64,000 nt of DNA from an uncultured Acidimicrobiaceae bacterium. GTDB taxonomy: Bacteria > Actinomycetota > Acidimicrobiia > Acidimicrobiales > CAYSAC01. The position numbers and the translations under genes were made by a program. Below the pieces are notes generated by a model. It ran no database searches and was not told the origin of the DNA. It saw only the letters and a program-made list of their open reading frames with translations. Shown here piece by piece: positions 8,382-16,650 of the stretch. Position 1 is the first letter of the stretch; the number at the start of each line of letters is the position of its first letter. The stretch covers positions 25,349 to 89,348 of the forward strand of contig CAYSAC010000001.1 in NCBI GenBank assembly GCA_964428815.1. Direction: 5' to 3'.

Positions 8382-9249
8382 CGCGTGCCTCCTCGCTTGC
8401 TGCTCGCCATGCGTTCGCGACCATCGCCGCGCCGACTCGCCGCCGGTAGTCGGCGGAGCCGTGGAGGTCGGACGGCACGGCGTCGAGCGCGGACATGGCG
8501 AGCGCGCCGAGATCGTCCGCATCGACATCACTGACAGCGGCGCCGAGCACGGCTGCCTCGGCTGCCGACGCCCGCTCCGGGGCCGACCCGAGGCCGAGCA
8601 GCCCGATTCCGCAGCGCTGCACCCTGTCGTCGTCGTCGAGCTGCAGCGCGAGGGCCGCGCCGGCGATGGCGAAGTCGCCGTGACGACGGGCGAACTCCTC
8701 CACGGCGAAGCCGCACCGGCCCCGCCACTCCGGAAACGCGACGCCGCTGAGCAGCTCGTCGTCCGCGAGAGCGGTGGTCCACATGCCGGTGAAGAACTCG
8801 CCGGCGGGCACCGTCCGCGCCCCGGAGGACGCGAGCACCTCGAGCTCTGCGTCGAGGGCCAGAGCGACTGCGGGGTACTCGGCGGCAGCGTCGGCGTGTG
8901 CCAGCGAGCCACCGATCGTTCCCCGGTTGCGGATCTGGAAGTGGCCGATGAACGGCGTCGCCCGAGCGAGCAGCGGGACTGCATCAGCCACCTCGACGGA
9001 GCGTTCGATCGCCGTCTGCGTCGTGCCCGCCCCGATCCAGACCCCGCCGTCGCGCTGCTCGATGCCGCGGAGCGAAACGATGCGGCGAAGGTCGACCAGG
9101 TGCTCGAAGACCGCGAGGCGAAGGGCGAGCATGGGGATCAGGCTCTGGCCGCCGGCCAGCGGCTTCGCTACGTCGCCGAGCTCGGCCAGCAGCGACACCG
9201 CCTCCTCGGCGCTCTCGGGCGCGTGGTACGCGAACGGGGCGGGCTTCAT
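8374..9249 (-). CDS. Mo-hydroxylase medium subunit, FAD-binding (CoxM-type)
   Basis: MKPAPFAYHAP...PLAGGQSLIPML is typical of FAD-binding molybdopterin-dehydrogenase subunits. ATGA overlap with the large-subunit stop at 9246-9249. Confidence 0.9.
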   Translation of the reverse strand: MKPAPFAYHAPESAEEAVSLLAELGDVAKPLAGGQSLIPMLALRLAVFEHLVDLRRIVSLRGIEQRDGGVWIGAGTTQTAIERSVEVADAVPLLARATPFIGHFQIRNRGTIGGSLAHADAAAEYPAVALALDAELEVLASSGARTVPAGEFFTGMWTTALADDELLSGVAFPEWRGRCGFAVEEFARRHGDFAIAGAALALQLDDDDRVQRCGIGLLGLGSAPERASAAEAAVLGAAVSDVDADDLGALAMSALDAVPSDLHGSADYRRRVGAAMVANAWRAASEEARGG

Positions 9250-11567
9250 TGGCTCGCAGCGTCCTGCACCAGCTGCGCGATGGCCGAGGGGCTCAACGGC
9301 AGGCGCGTGATCGTCACGCCCAACGGCGCGAGCGCATCCGCGACCGCGTTCACGACTGCTGGCGGCGCGCCGATCGCTCCCCCCTCGCCGACGCCCTTGT
9401 AGCCGCCCGGCCCGGGCGACGGCGTCTCGACGTGGCCGAACTCGATCCGTGGCACGTCGGTCGACGTCGGCAGGAGGTAGTCCATGAACGTCGTGGTGAG
9501 CGGGTTGCCGTCCTCGTCGTAGGCGAGGTGCTCATGGAGCACGCCGCCGATGCCCTGGACGGTCCCGCCAGCGATCTGGCCTTCCACGACGTTCGGGTTG
9601 ATCATCGGGCCACAGTCCTCGCTCACGATGTAGCGGAGGAGCGTGACGTGGCCGGTCACGACGTCGACCTCGCAGGTGCAGACGTGCGTCGCGTTTGCCC
9701 AGATCATCGGGGCGCGTGCGCGGTAGCGGGCGCTGGCCTCCAGGCCCGGGGGTAGCTCGGGCGGCAGCTTGTGAGGCTCGAAGTACGCGAGGTTGGCGAC
9801 CTCGGCCATGGACAGCCCGATCGTCGGCGTCCCCCGCACGCTCGCTCGTCCGTCGGCAAGCTCGATGTCATCCTGTGCCGCTTCGAGCTGGTGGGCGACG
9901 ATGGCCGCCACCCGCTCGCGAAGGATCGCCGCGGTGTCGGCGATGGCCCCGGCGAGCATCGAGGCGCTCCGGCTGCCGCCGGTGCCGGCGCCGAAGGGAG
10001 TCACCGCGGTGTCGCCCTGGATCGTCCCGACGTCGGCGACATCCACGCCGAGGGCATCGGCCGTCAGCTGCACGACGGTCGTCTCGAGGCTGTTGCCTGT
10101 CGACCCGCCAGCAACGTAGACGTTGACCTTGCCGGACGGTTCGATGCGGATGGTGGCGCCCTCGCTCCCGTAGTACGGCTGCGCGGTCGTCGTCGGCTCG
10201 ACATAGGTGCACGTGCCGACACCGAGGTACCGGCCGGCAGCTCGCGCCTCGGCCTGCTCGCGCCCGAAGGCCTCGTAGTCGAGCATCGCCAGCGCCTGCT
10301 CGAACGTCTCCTGGGGCGTGATGTCGCTGTAGGGCATGCCGTTCGGGTTCGCGACCGGAAGCTCATCGCGCCGGAGGAGGTTCCGCCGGCGGAGCTCGAC
10401 GGGGTCGATGCCGATGCGCCGCGCCGCGATGTCGAGCAGCACCTCGCGTGCCAGGGACTCGAACTGCCAGGGCCCGCGGTACGCCGTTCGCCCCGTCGTG
10501 TTCGAGAACACCGACGTGGACGTCCAGCCGCCCTTGGGGACCCGGTAAGGACCCGGGAACAGCATCCCCACCGCGGCGCCGGTGCCGACCGGCCATGGCG
10601 TGGGGTAGGCGCCGATGTCCTGCACGTGGTCGATGCGAGCGGCGAGGATCCGGCCGTCCTCGTCGAACGCCATGCGGGCGTCGCCGTGCTCGTGGCGCGA
10701 CTGGCCGGCGGCCAGCAGGTTCTCGCGGCGGTCCTCGATCCACTTCACGGCGGCGGGCAGCTGCATCGCGGCGAGGGCGATGCAGACGTCCTCGCGCAGC
10801 GGCACGACCTTCTGCCCGAAGCCGCCACCGGTGTCGCGCATGATGACGCGCACCTTGTGCTCTGAGATGCCGAGCACCCGGGCGAGGAACATGCGGACTT
10901 CGTGCGGCGCCTGCGTTGCCGACCAGATCGTCATCTCGTCGCCAGACCACTCGGCCACGATCCCCCGGGTCTCGATCGGAACGGGGGCGTAGGCCTGTTG
11001 GAAGATCGTCTCCCGCACGTCGTGCGCTGCCCCGGCGAAGACGGCCTCGTCCTCGTCAGAGGCCGGGGCACCCATCGTGCCGGCGACGTTGCCCGGGTAC
11101 GCGTCGTGCACCAGTGACTGAGAGCCTTGCGCCGCGACGTAGTCGACGACCGGTGGCAGCGGGTCGTAGTCGACCTCGACCAAGTCAGCGGCATCCTCGG
11201 CGATGTACCGATCAGACGCGATGACGAGCGCCACGGGATCACCTACGAAGCGCACCTCGTCCTCGGCCATCGGAGGTCGCGGTGTGTCCGGCACCTGCGG
11301 CATGGACGTGTACCAGGACTCGCGCACGCGAGGGTTCAGATCAGCGGCAACGAACACCGCATGGACGCCCGGCAGCGCCCGGGCCGCGGTGAGGTCCATG
11401 CCCGCTATCCGCGCCCGAGCGAACGAGCTGCGGACGAAGCACGCGTGCAACATGCGCGGCCGGGTGATGTCGTCGACGAAGGTGCCTCGGCCGGTGAGGA
11501 GCCGGGCGTCTTCGACGCGATGCACTCGAGTTCCCGAGAACCGCCCGGCGACGCTGCCTGTCGTCAC
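9246..11567 (-). CDS. Mo-hydroxylase large subunit (xanthine dehydrogenase/aldehyde oxidase family, molybdopterin-binding)
   Basis: N-terminus RVEDARLLTGRGTFVDD, GGGFGQK motif. The AYRGPWQ loop is neither the form I nor the form II CODH signature. GTG start at 11565-11567 overlaps the P450 stop (GTGA). Confidence 0.88.
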   Translation of the reverse strand: MTTGSVAGRFSGTRVHRVEDARLLTGRGTFVDDITRPRMLHACFVRSSFARARIAGMDLTAARALPGVHAVFVAADLNPRVRESWYTSMPQVPDTPRPPMAEDEVRFVGDPVALVIASDRYIAEDAADLVEVDYDPLPPVVDYVAAQGSQSLVHDAYPGNVAGTMGAPASDEDEAVFAGAAHDVRETIFQQAYAPVPIETRGIVAEWSGDEMTIWSATQAPHEVRMFLARVLGISEHKVRVIMRDTGGGFGQKVVPLREDVCIALAAMQLPAAVKWIEDRRENLLAAGQSRHEHGDARMAFDEDGRILAARIDHVQDIGAYPTPWPVGTGAAVGMLFPGPYRVPKGGWTSTSVFSNTTGRTAYRGPWQFESLAREVLLDIAARRIGIDPVELRRRNLLRRDELPVANPNGMPYSDITPQETFEQALAMLDYEAFGREQAEARAAGRYLGVGTCTYVEPTTTAQPYYGSEGATIRIEPSGKVNVYVAGGSTGNSLETTVVQLTADALGVDVADVGTIQGDTAVTPFGAGTGGSRSASMLAGAIADTAAILRERVAAIVAHQLEAAQDDIELADGRASVRGTPTIGLSMAEVANLAYFEPHKLPPELPPGLEASARYRARAPMIWANATHVCTCEVDVVTGHVTLLRYIVSEDCGPMINPNVVEGQIAGGTVQGIGGVLHEHLAYDEDGNPLTTTFMDYLLPTSTDVPRIEFGHVETPSPGPGGYKGVGEGGAIGAPPAVVNAVADALAPLGVTITRLPLSPSAIAQLVQDAASQ

Positions 11568-12781
11568 CCGGGGAGCACCACCGGAAGGGTCTCCCAACCG
11601 CGGACCGTCGAGGTGGGAGCGAGCGTGGCCTTGTCCGTGTCGACCTCCCACTCGGGGAAGCGCTTGAGGATCTCGTCGAGTGCCACCCGTCCCTCGAGGC
11701 GAGCGAGCGCGGCGCCGAGGCAGAAGTGGGGGCCGTAGCCGAAGGTGAGGTGCTGGCCGTCGGTGCGGTGGATGTCGAACCGGTCCGCGTCCGGGAAGCG
11801 CCGGTCGTCGCGGTTGGCTGCGCCGATGAGGAACAGGATCGCGTTGCCGGCCGGAACCGTCTGGCCATGGAGCTCGACGTCCTTGGCGACGTAGCGGCCG
11901 ACGTGCGGTGCCGGCGGCTCGTAGCGGAGCAGCTCCTCGATGGCGCCCGGGATGAGGGCGGGGTCCTCGACGAGCTCGCGCCGCTGGTCGGGGTGGTCGG
12001 CGAGCACCTTGCCGGCCCAGCCGATGAGCCGAGTCGTGGTCTCGTTCCCGGCACCAGCAACGACCGTGATGTAGGTGAGGAGCTCCTCCCGTCGCAGCCG
12101 TCGGATGGTGCCGGTCTCGTCCTCGAACTCGGCGTTCAGGAGGTCGGTCATGATGTCGTCGGATGGGTGCTCGGCCCGCCAGTCGATGTACTCCGCGAAC
12201 TGGTCGCTGTGGTTGGCGACCTCCAACGTCTCCATGGGCTTGCCCGCCTCGGTGCGGAGGTTGGCGTCGACGGTGTCGCGGATCGCCTGCTGGTCCTCCT
12301 CCGGGATGCCCAGGAGCATGCCGATCACCCGCATGGGCATCTGCGCGCCGATGTCGGCGACGAAGTCGAACCCGCCGGTGCCGACGATGGGGTCGAGGCT
12401 CGCGGCGCAGAACTCGCGGATCTTGGGCTCGAGCGCCGCCACCTTCTTCGGCGTGAACACCCGCGACAGCAGGCTGCGGTGGATGGTGTGGGTCGGCGGA
12501 TCCTCGAAGATCACGACCCCGGGCGGCATCTCGATGTTCGCCTTGATCAGCTCGAGGATCCCGCCCCGCCCGGAGATGAACGTGTCGCGATCGACGAGGC
12601 CTCGCTCGACGTCGGCGAAGCGACTCACCGCGTAGAAGTCGTGCGGCTCGTTGTAGTAGAGCGGCGCCTCTTCCCTCAGCCGGCGGAACACCGGGTACGG
12701 GTCGGCGTCGATTCCGACGTCGTAGGGGTCGTAGTAGACGTCGCTGCCAGTGGTGGTCGTCACCCGCGCTCCCTCGTCCAT
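11564..12781 (-). CDS. Cytochrome P450
   Basis: Heme-thiolate motif FGYGPHFCLGAALA, EELLRY (ExxR), AGNETT I-helix motif. Confidence 0.9.
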   Translation of the reverse strand: MDEGARVTTTTGSDVYYDPYDVGIDADPYPVFRRLREEAPLYYNEPHDFYAVSRFADVERGLVDRDTFISGRGGILELIKANIEMPPGVVIFEDPPTHTIHRSLLSRVFTPKKVAALEPKIREFCAASLDPIVGTGGFDFVADIGAQMPMRVIGMLLGIPEEDQQAIRDTVDANLRTEAGKPMETLEVANHSDQFAEYIDWRAEHPSDDIMTDLLNAEFEDETGTIRRLRREELLTYITVVAGAGNETTTRLIGWAGKVLADHPDQRRELVEDPALIPGAIEELLRYEPPAPHVGRYVAKDVELHGQTVPAGNAILFLIGAANRDDRRFPDADRFDIHRTDGQHLTFGYGPHFCLGAALARLEGRVALDEILKRFPEWEVDTDKATLAPTSTVRGWETLPVVLPG

Positions 12782-12843
12782 CGGATCCCCAACTAGTTTG
12801 ATGTCATACTAAAGTGTCTTGAAGCACGGGGCCAGAGGAGGTC
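12782..12843. promoter_or_regulatory. Divergent promoter region between two P450 genes, with an AT-rich core at 12791-12823
   Basis: This is the only AT-rich patch in the neighbourhood (aactagtttgatgtcatactaaagtgtcttgaa). It lies between divergent starts at 12781 (-) and 12844 (+), each with a nearby SD (GGGGA; AGAGGAGG). No precise -35/-10 assignment is possible. Confidence 0.5.
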
Positions 12844-14094
12844 GTGATCGTGACAGATCTGGTGACCGCGAACTTCTTCCGCGACCGATCCGTGCAAGAC
12901 GACCCGTACCCGTACTTCGACGCGCTGCGGGCCACGTCACCGGTGTGGCAGGAGCCGCACTTCGGCGTGTTCATGGTGACCGGCCACGACGAGGCGCTGG
13001 CCGTCTACAACGACGCGGCGACCTTCTCGTCCTGCAACGTGGTGAGCGGGCCGTTCGTGCGGTTCCCCGAGCCGTTCGACGGCGACGACGTGAGCGAGGT
13101 CATCGAGCGCAACCGCGAGATGCTGCCGTTCAGCGACCAGCTTCCCTCCTTCGACCCTCCTCAGCACACCGCGCACCGAGCGCTGATGATGCGCCTCTTG
13201 ACCCCAGGACGGCTGCGGGCCAACGAGGAGTTCATGGAGCAGCTCGCCGACCGCCGGCTACAGGAGCTCGTCGAGCAGGGCGGGTGCGAGTTCATCAGTG
13301 CCTTCGCCGAGCCGTTCACGCTTCGGGTGATCGCGGACCTGGAAGGCGTCCCCGAGTCCGATCACGGGCTGTTCGCCGACCGCCTGAGCAAGGGGTCCGA
13401 GGCGCTCGAGCACAAGCCGCTCGAGTTCCTCTACGAGCAGTTCACGGCGTACATCGAGGACCGTCGCCGTGCACCGCGCGACGACATCATGACGGCGATG
13501 GCCTCCGCCGCCTTCCCAGACGGGTCGACGCCCGACGTGAGAGACGTCGCGCTGCTGGCCGCGAACCTGTTCTCCGGCGGCCAGGAGACGACCGTCCGCC
13601 TGCTCTCGTTCGCGCTGCGGATCCTCGGGGAGCGGCCCGACATCCAGGAGCGGCTGCGGAGCGATCGCGAGCGCATCCCGAACTTCATCGAGGAGACGCT
13701 TCGGTTCGAGAGCCCCCTGCGTGCGCAGTTCCGCATGGCCAAGGTGACGACGGAGGTCGCCGGCGTCCCGATCCCGGCCGGGAGCACGATGCTCCTCCTG
13801 CCGGGAGCGGCCAACCGCGACCCGCGCCTGTTCGAGGACCCGGCCGAGTTCGACCTCGACCGCGACAACGCCAAGTACCACGTGGCCTTCGGCCACGGCA
13901 TCCACCACTGTGCTGGCGCCCACCTCGCGCGTGCGGAGGGTCGGATCACCATCAACCGGCTCCTCGACCGCACCTCGAACATCACGATCTCGGAAGAGGT
14001 GCACGGGCCGGCCAGCGATCGCCGCTACGCCTACCTCCCGACCTACTTCCTCCGCGGCCTCGCGAACCTCACCATCGAGCTCGCACCTGCCTAG
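12844..14094 (+). CDS. Cytochrome P450 (paralog group with 36164..37441 and 56012..57298)
   Basis: GTG start 7 nt after AGAGGAGG. FGHGIHHCAGAHLA heme motif, GGQETT I-helix, ESPLR (ExxR). Confidence 0.9.
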   Translation: MIVTDLVTANFFRDRSVQDDPYPYFDALRATSPVWQEPHFGVFMVTGHDEALAVYNDAATFSSCNVVSGPFVRFPEPFDGDDVSEVIERNREMLPFSDQLPSFDPPQHTAHRALMMRLLTPGRLRANEEFMEQLADRRLQELVEQGGCEFISAFAEPFTLRVIADLEGVPESDHGLFADRLSKGSEALEHKPLEFLYEQFTAYIEDRRRAPRDDIMTAMASAAFPDGSTPDVRDVALLAANLFSGGQETTVRLLSFALRILGERPDIQERLRSDRERIPNFIEETLRFESPLRAQFRMAKVTTEVAGVPIPAGSTMLLLPGAANRDPRLFEDPAEFDLDRDNAKYHVAFGHGIHHCAGAHLARAEGRITINRLLDRTSNITISEEVHGPASDRRYAYLPTYFLRGLANLTIELAPA

Positions 14095-14879
14095 CTCTTG
14101 TCGGCCTGCGAGGCGCCCAGCATCAGCTTGAGCTGCGACGCCGGGGGTCCGGCGGTCGTTCCACCATCGACCGGGAGCACGATCCCGGTGATCTGCGCGG
14201 AGCGATCGCTGGCGAGGAACAGGGCCGCCTCGGCCACGTCCTCCGGTCGCCCCTGGCGCGGGAGCGCCTGGGTGAACTTCAAGACGGCGTCCATGTCGTA
14301 GCTCGTCATCGCCGTCTGGATCTGACCGGGGACGAGGCAGTTCACGCGGATGCCGTACTGCGCGAGGTCGAGCGCGATCGAGCGCGAGATGTGGATCACC
14401 GCGGCCTTCGTGGCTCGATAGGTGATGAGCCCGGCACCGGCGTTGATCCCCGCAGTCGACGACGTGTTGATGATCGACCCGCCGCCGTTCGCCTTCATGT
14501 GCCGGGCAGCCCGCTGCGCGCCGAGCATGACGCCCAGCACGTTGATGTCCATCACTCGCCGGAAGTCGCTCAGGTCGTCGTGCAGGAAGCGGGCCATCGC
14601 GCTGGCGACGCCGGCGTTGTTCGCCATCACGTGCAACCCGCCGAACCGCTCGACGGTGAAGTCGACGAGGGCCTGCACCTGGTCGGCGTCGGTGACGTCG
14701 GTCTGCTTGAAGGCGGCAGCGTCGCCGAGCGCGGCGGCAACCGCCTCGCCGGCATCGGCATCGATGTCGGCGATGACGACCCGCGCTCCCTCCTCGACGA
14801 AGCGTTCGACGGTGGCCCGACCGATGCCGCTGCCGCCACCGGTGACGATGGCGACCTTGCCTGCGAGCTCGTCAGCCAT
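14091..14879 (-). CDS. SDR
   Basis: ATG at 14877-14879 (MADELAGKVAIVTGGGSGIG) overlaps the upstream stop by 8 nt (ATGGCTGA). NNAG, YRATKAA. Confidence 0.9.
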   Translation of the reverse strand: MADELAGKVAIVTGGGSGIGRATVERFVEEGARVVIADIDADAGEAVAAALGDAAAFKQTDVTDADQVQALVDFTVERFGGLHVMANNAGVASAMARFLHDDLSDFRRVMDINVLGVMLGAQRAARHMKANGGGSIINTSSTAGINAGAGLITYRATKAAVIHISRSIALDLAQYGIRVNCLVPGQIQTAMTSYDMDAVLKFTQALPRQGRPEDVAEAALFLASDRSAQITGIVLPVDGGTTAGPPASQLKLMLGASQADKS

Positions 14880-16548
14880 CGCGATCCACCCCTGCAGCAT
14901 GCCGCGCCGCGATGTACCCGAACACCATCGTGTTGGCGATGCTCGCCCCCGGCCCGAGGTAGTGGCGGCCCATCACCGTGGCGGTGCTGTTCCCAGTGGC
15001 GTAGAGCCCCTCGATGGGCTGGTCGTGCTGGTCGAGCACGCGGGCGTGCTCGTCGGTGACGAGGCCCCCGCAGGTGCCGATGTCGCCGGGCAGCACCTCG
15101 CACGCGTAGTAGGGCGGCTCGTCGATGGGACCGAGACACGGGTGCACCTTGCGATGGGGGTCGCCCAGCGACCGGTTGTACGCCGACTCGCCGCGGCCGT
15201 AGTCGGGGTCGACCCCGCTCGCGGCATGTTCGTTGAAGTGCTCGACGGTCTCGATGAGCCCGTCCGCGTCGATACCGCACAGTGCGGCGAGGTCCGCGAG
15301 CGTCGGCGCCTTCTTCAGCCGCCCGCTCTCGAGCAGCTTCCGAGGGAAGTGCCCGGGGCGGGAGCGCAGGTGGGCGTACCGCTTGCGGTACCGATCATCG
15401 AAGATCAACCAGCAGGGCACGGCGCGGCTCGTCTTGTCGCGCTCGTACATGGCCTTGCCCACCTCCATGTACGAGTTCGATTCGTTCACGAACCGCCGCC
15501 CGGCTGCGTCGACGTAGATGGTGCGTGGCCGCTGGCGGGCCTGGTCGAGCGTCGACTGGCCGAAGCGCCCGGTCTTCGGCGAGGGCAGCCACCAGGCCTC
15601 GTCCATCAGCGCGGTCTGCGCGCCCAGCCGCATCGCGGCTTCGATCGCCTCGCCGGTGTCGCCGGGGTTGGACATCGACCACTTGCCCTCGTTGGGCTGC
15701 TCGCCTCCATACCGCAGGCGCATCTCGCGGTTGTGGGCGAAGCCGCCCGCCGCGATCAGCACCCCCTGGCGGGCCTCGACCGATACGGGTGCGCCGTCGC
15801 GCACCGTGCGCACCCCCACCACCCGGCCGTCTTCCACGATCAGCTCGTCGAGCGGGGCCTCGGTCCAGACGGGGATTTTCATATCCACGACGGCGATGGC
15901 CAGCATCTGACCGATGAGCGACGCGCCGTTGGTGAGCAGGGCCTGCCGTCGGGCCTTGGCCGCGAAGGTGCGGAGCACCACTCGAGCCGAGATCGCGAAG
16001 CTGCGGATGCTCCGGTTGTAGTTCGACAGCGACCGGGCCTCGTTGGTCATCACGGCCAGCCCGAGGCTCTGCGCCAGCCCGGGCTGCAGCTTCGGCAGCC
16101 ACGGCCCGAGCGCTCGCCCGTCCCACGGCACCGACTCGATGCCGCGGCCGACGTCATGGCCGCCCTTCAGGTTGGAGTAGTAGTCGCTGTAGCCGGGGCA
16201 GGTGACGAAGTGCATGCCGAGCTGCTGGAGGAACGTAGTCATCTCGGGGCCGGCCGTGAGGAACGCATGGCGTCGTTCGAACGACGAGCACGACCCGACG
16301 TCACCGACCACCGTCTCGAAGTGGGCCAAGGCGTCCTCGTACGAGTCAGGCATGCCCTCGGCCTGCATCAGGGGGTTGTTCGGGATCCAGACGATTCCAC
16401 CGGACATGCACGTCGACCCGCCAACCTGGGCCTGCTTCTCGAGGACGAGCGCTTCAGCACCGGCGTCGGCGGCTGCCAGAGCGGCGACCATGCCCCCACC
16501 GCCCGATCCTGCGATCACGAAGTCGACGGCGGTGTCCCACGTCGTCAT
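14872..16548 (-). CDS. FAD-dependent dehydrogenase, 3-oxosteroid 1-dehydrogenase (KstD)-like
   Basis: DFVIAGSGGGGMVAALAAADAGAEALVLEKQAQVGGSTCMSGGIVWIPNN is the dinucleotide-binding N-terminus typical of KstD/fumarate-reductase-type flavoproteins. C-terminal GLYATGN motif. Confidence 0.85.
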   Translation of the reverse strand: MTTWDTAVDFVIAGSGGGGMVAALAAADAGAEALVLEKQAQVGGSTCMSGGIVWIPNNPLMQAEGMPDSYEDALAHFETVVGDVGSCSSFERRHAFLTAGPEMTTFLQQLGMHFVTCPGYSDYYSNLKGGHDVGRGIESVPWDGRALGPWLPKLQPGLAQSLGLAVMTNEARSLSNYNRSIRSFAISARVVLRTFAAKARRQALLTNGASLIGQMLAIAVVDMKIPVWTEAPLDELIVEDGRVVGVRTVRDGAPVSVEARQGVLIAAGGFAHNREMRLRYGGEQPNEGKWSMSNPGDTGEAIEAAMRLGAQTALMDEAWWLPSPKTGRFGQSTLDQARQRPRTIYVDAAGRRFVNESNSYMEVGKAMYERDKTSRAVPCWLIFDDRYRKRYAHLRSRPGHFPRKLLESGRLKKAPTLADLAALCGIDADGLIETVEHFNEHAASGVDPDYGRGESAYNRSLGDPHRKVHPCLGPIDEPPYYACEVLPGDIGTCGGLVTDEHARVLDQHDQPIEGLYATGNSTATVMGRHYLGPGASIANTMVFGYIAARHAAGVDRDG

Positions 16549-16591
16549 CTCACGTCCCCCTCACCGACCTAGCGATGTCGAACAGTCTGCG

Positions 16592-16620
16592 TTGACGATC
16601 CTTCGATGTCAAAGTATTCT
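16592..16620 (+). promoter_or_regulatory. Candidate sigma70/SigA-type promoter TTGACG-17 nt-TATTCT
   Basis: TTGACG at 16592-16597 and TATTCT at 16615-16620, with an exact 17-nt spacer. It lies 30 nt upstream of the amidohydrolase ATG (16651) and its GGGGGAGG SD. Confidence 0.4.
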
Positions 16621-16650
16621 GCCGCCACGCACGAGGGGGAGGCAGGTCGC

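Noticed and set aside
7120-8984. N-terminal extensions of the track ORFs 7120..8286 and 7914..8984 (388 and 356 aa) as real proteins.
   Set aside because: The extensions are non-coding-like and overlap the neighbouring subunit genes. Internal starts with an SD (GGAGGAG) or overlap geometry give proteins of canonical SDR and CoxS length. The same logic was used to trim 9246..11651, 29791..30993, 35805..36350, 36164..37675, 39511..40710, 47274..49598, 50837..53128, 59618..61471, 61252..62517 and 62298..63677.
7914-11567. Calling the L-M-S molybdoenzyme an aerobic carbon-monoxide dehydrogenase.
   Set aside because: The large-subunit active-site loop reads AYRGPWQ, not the form I signature VAYRCSFR (or the form II AYRGAGR). 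The gene order is L-M-S rather than coxMSL. No coxDEFG-type accessory genes are present.
12800-12806. GATGTCA heptamer shared by the 12.8-kb and 16.6-kb divergent regions as a regulon motif.
   Set aside because: Seven nucleotides are too short to exclude chance, and the flanking similarity is weak. It is kept only as a low-interest note.
12819-16572. 746-aa (12819..15059) and 716-aa (14422..16572) plus-strand ORFs spanning the P450, SDR and KstD-like genes.
   Set aside because: Same off-frame composition. They would have to overlap three motif-bearing genes. No domain signatures.
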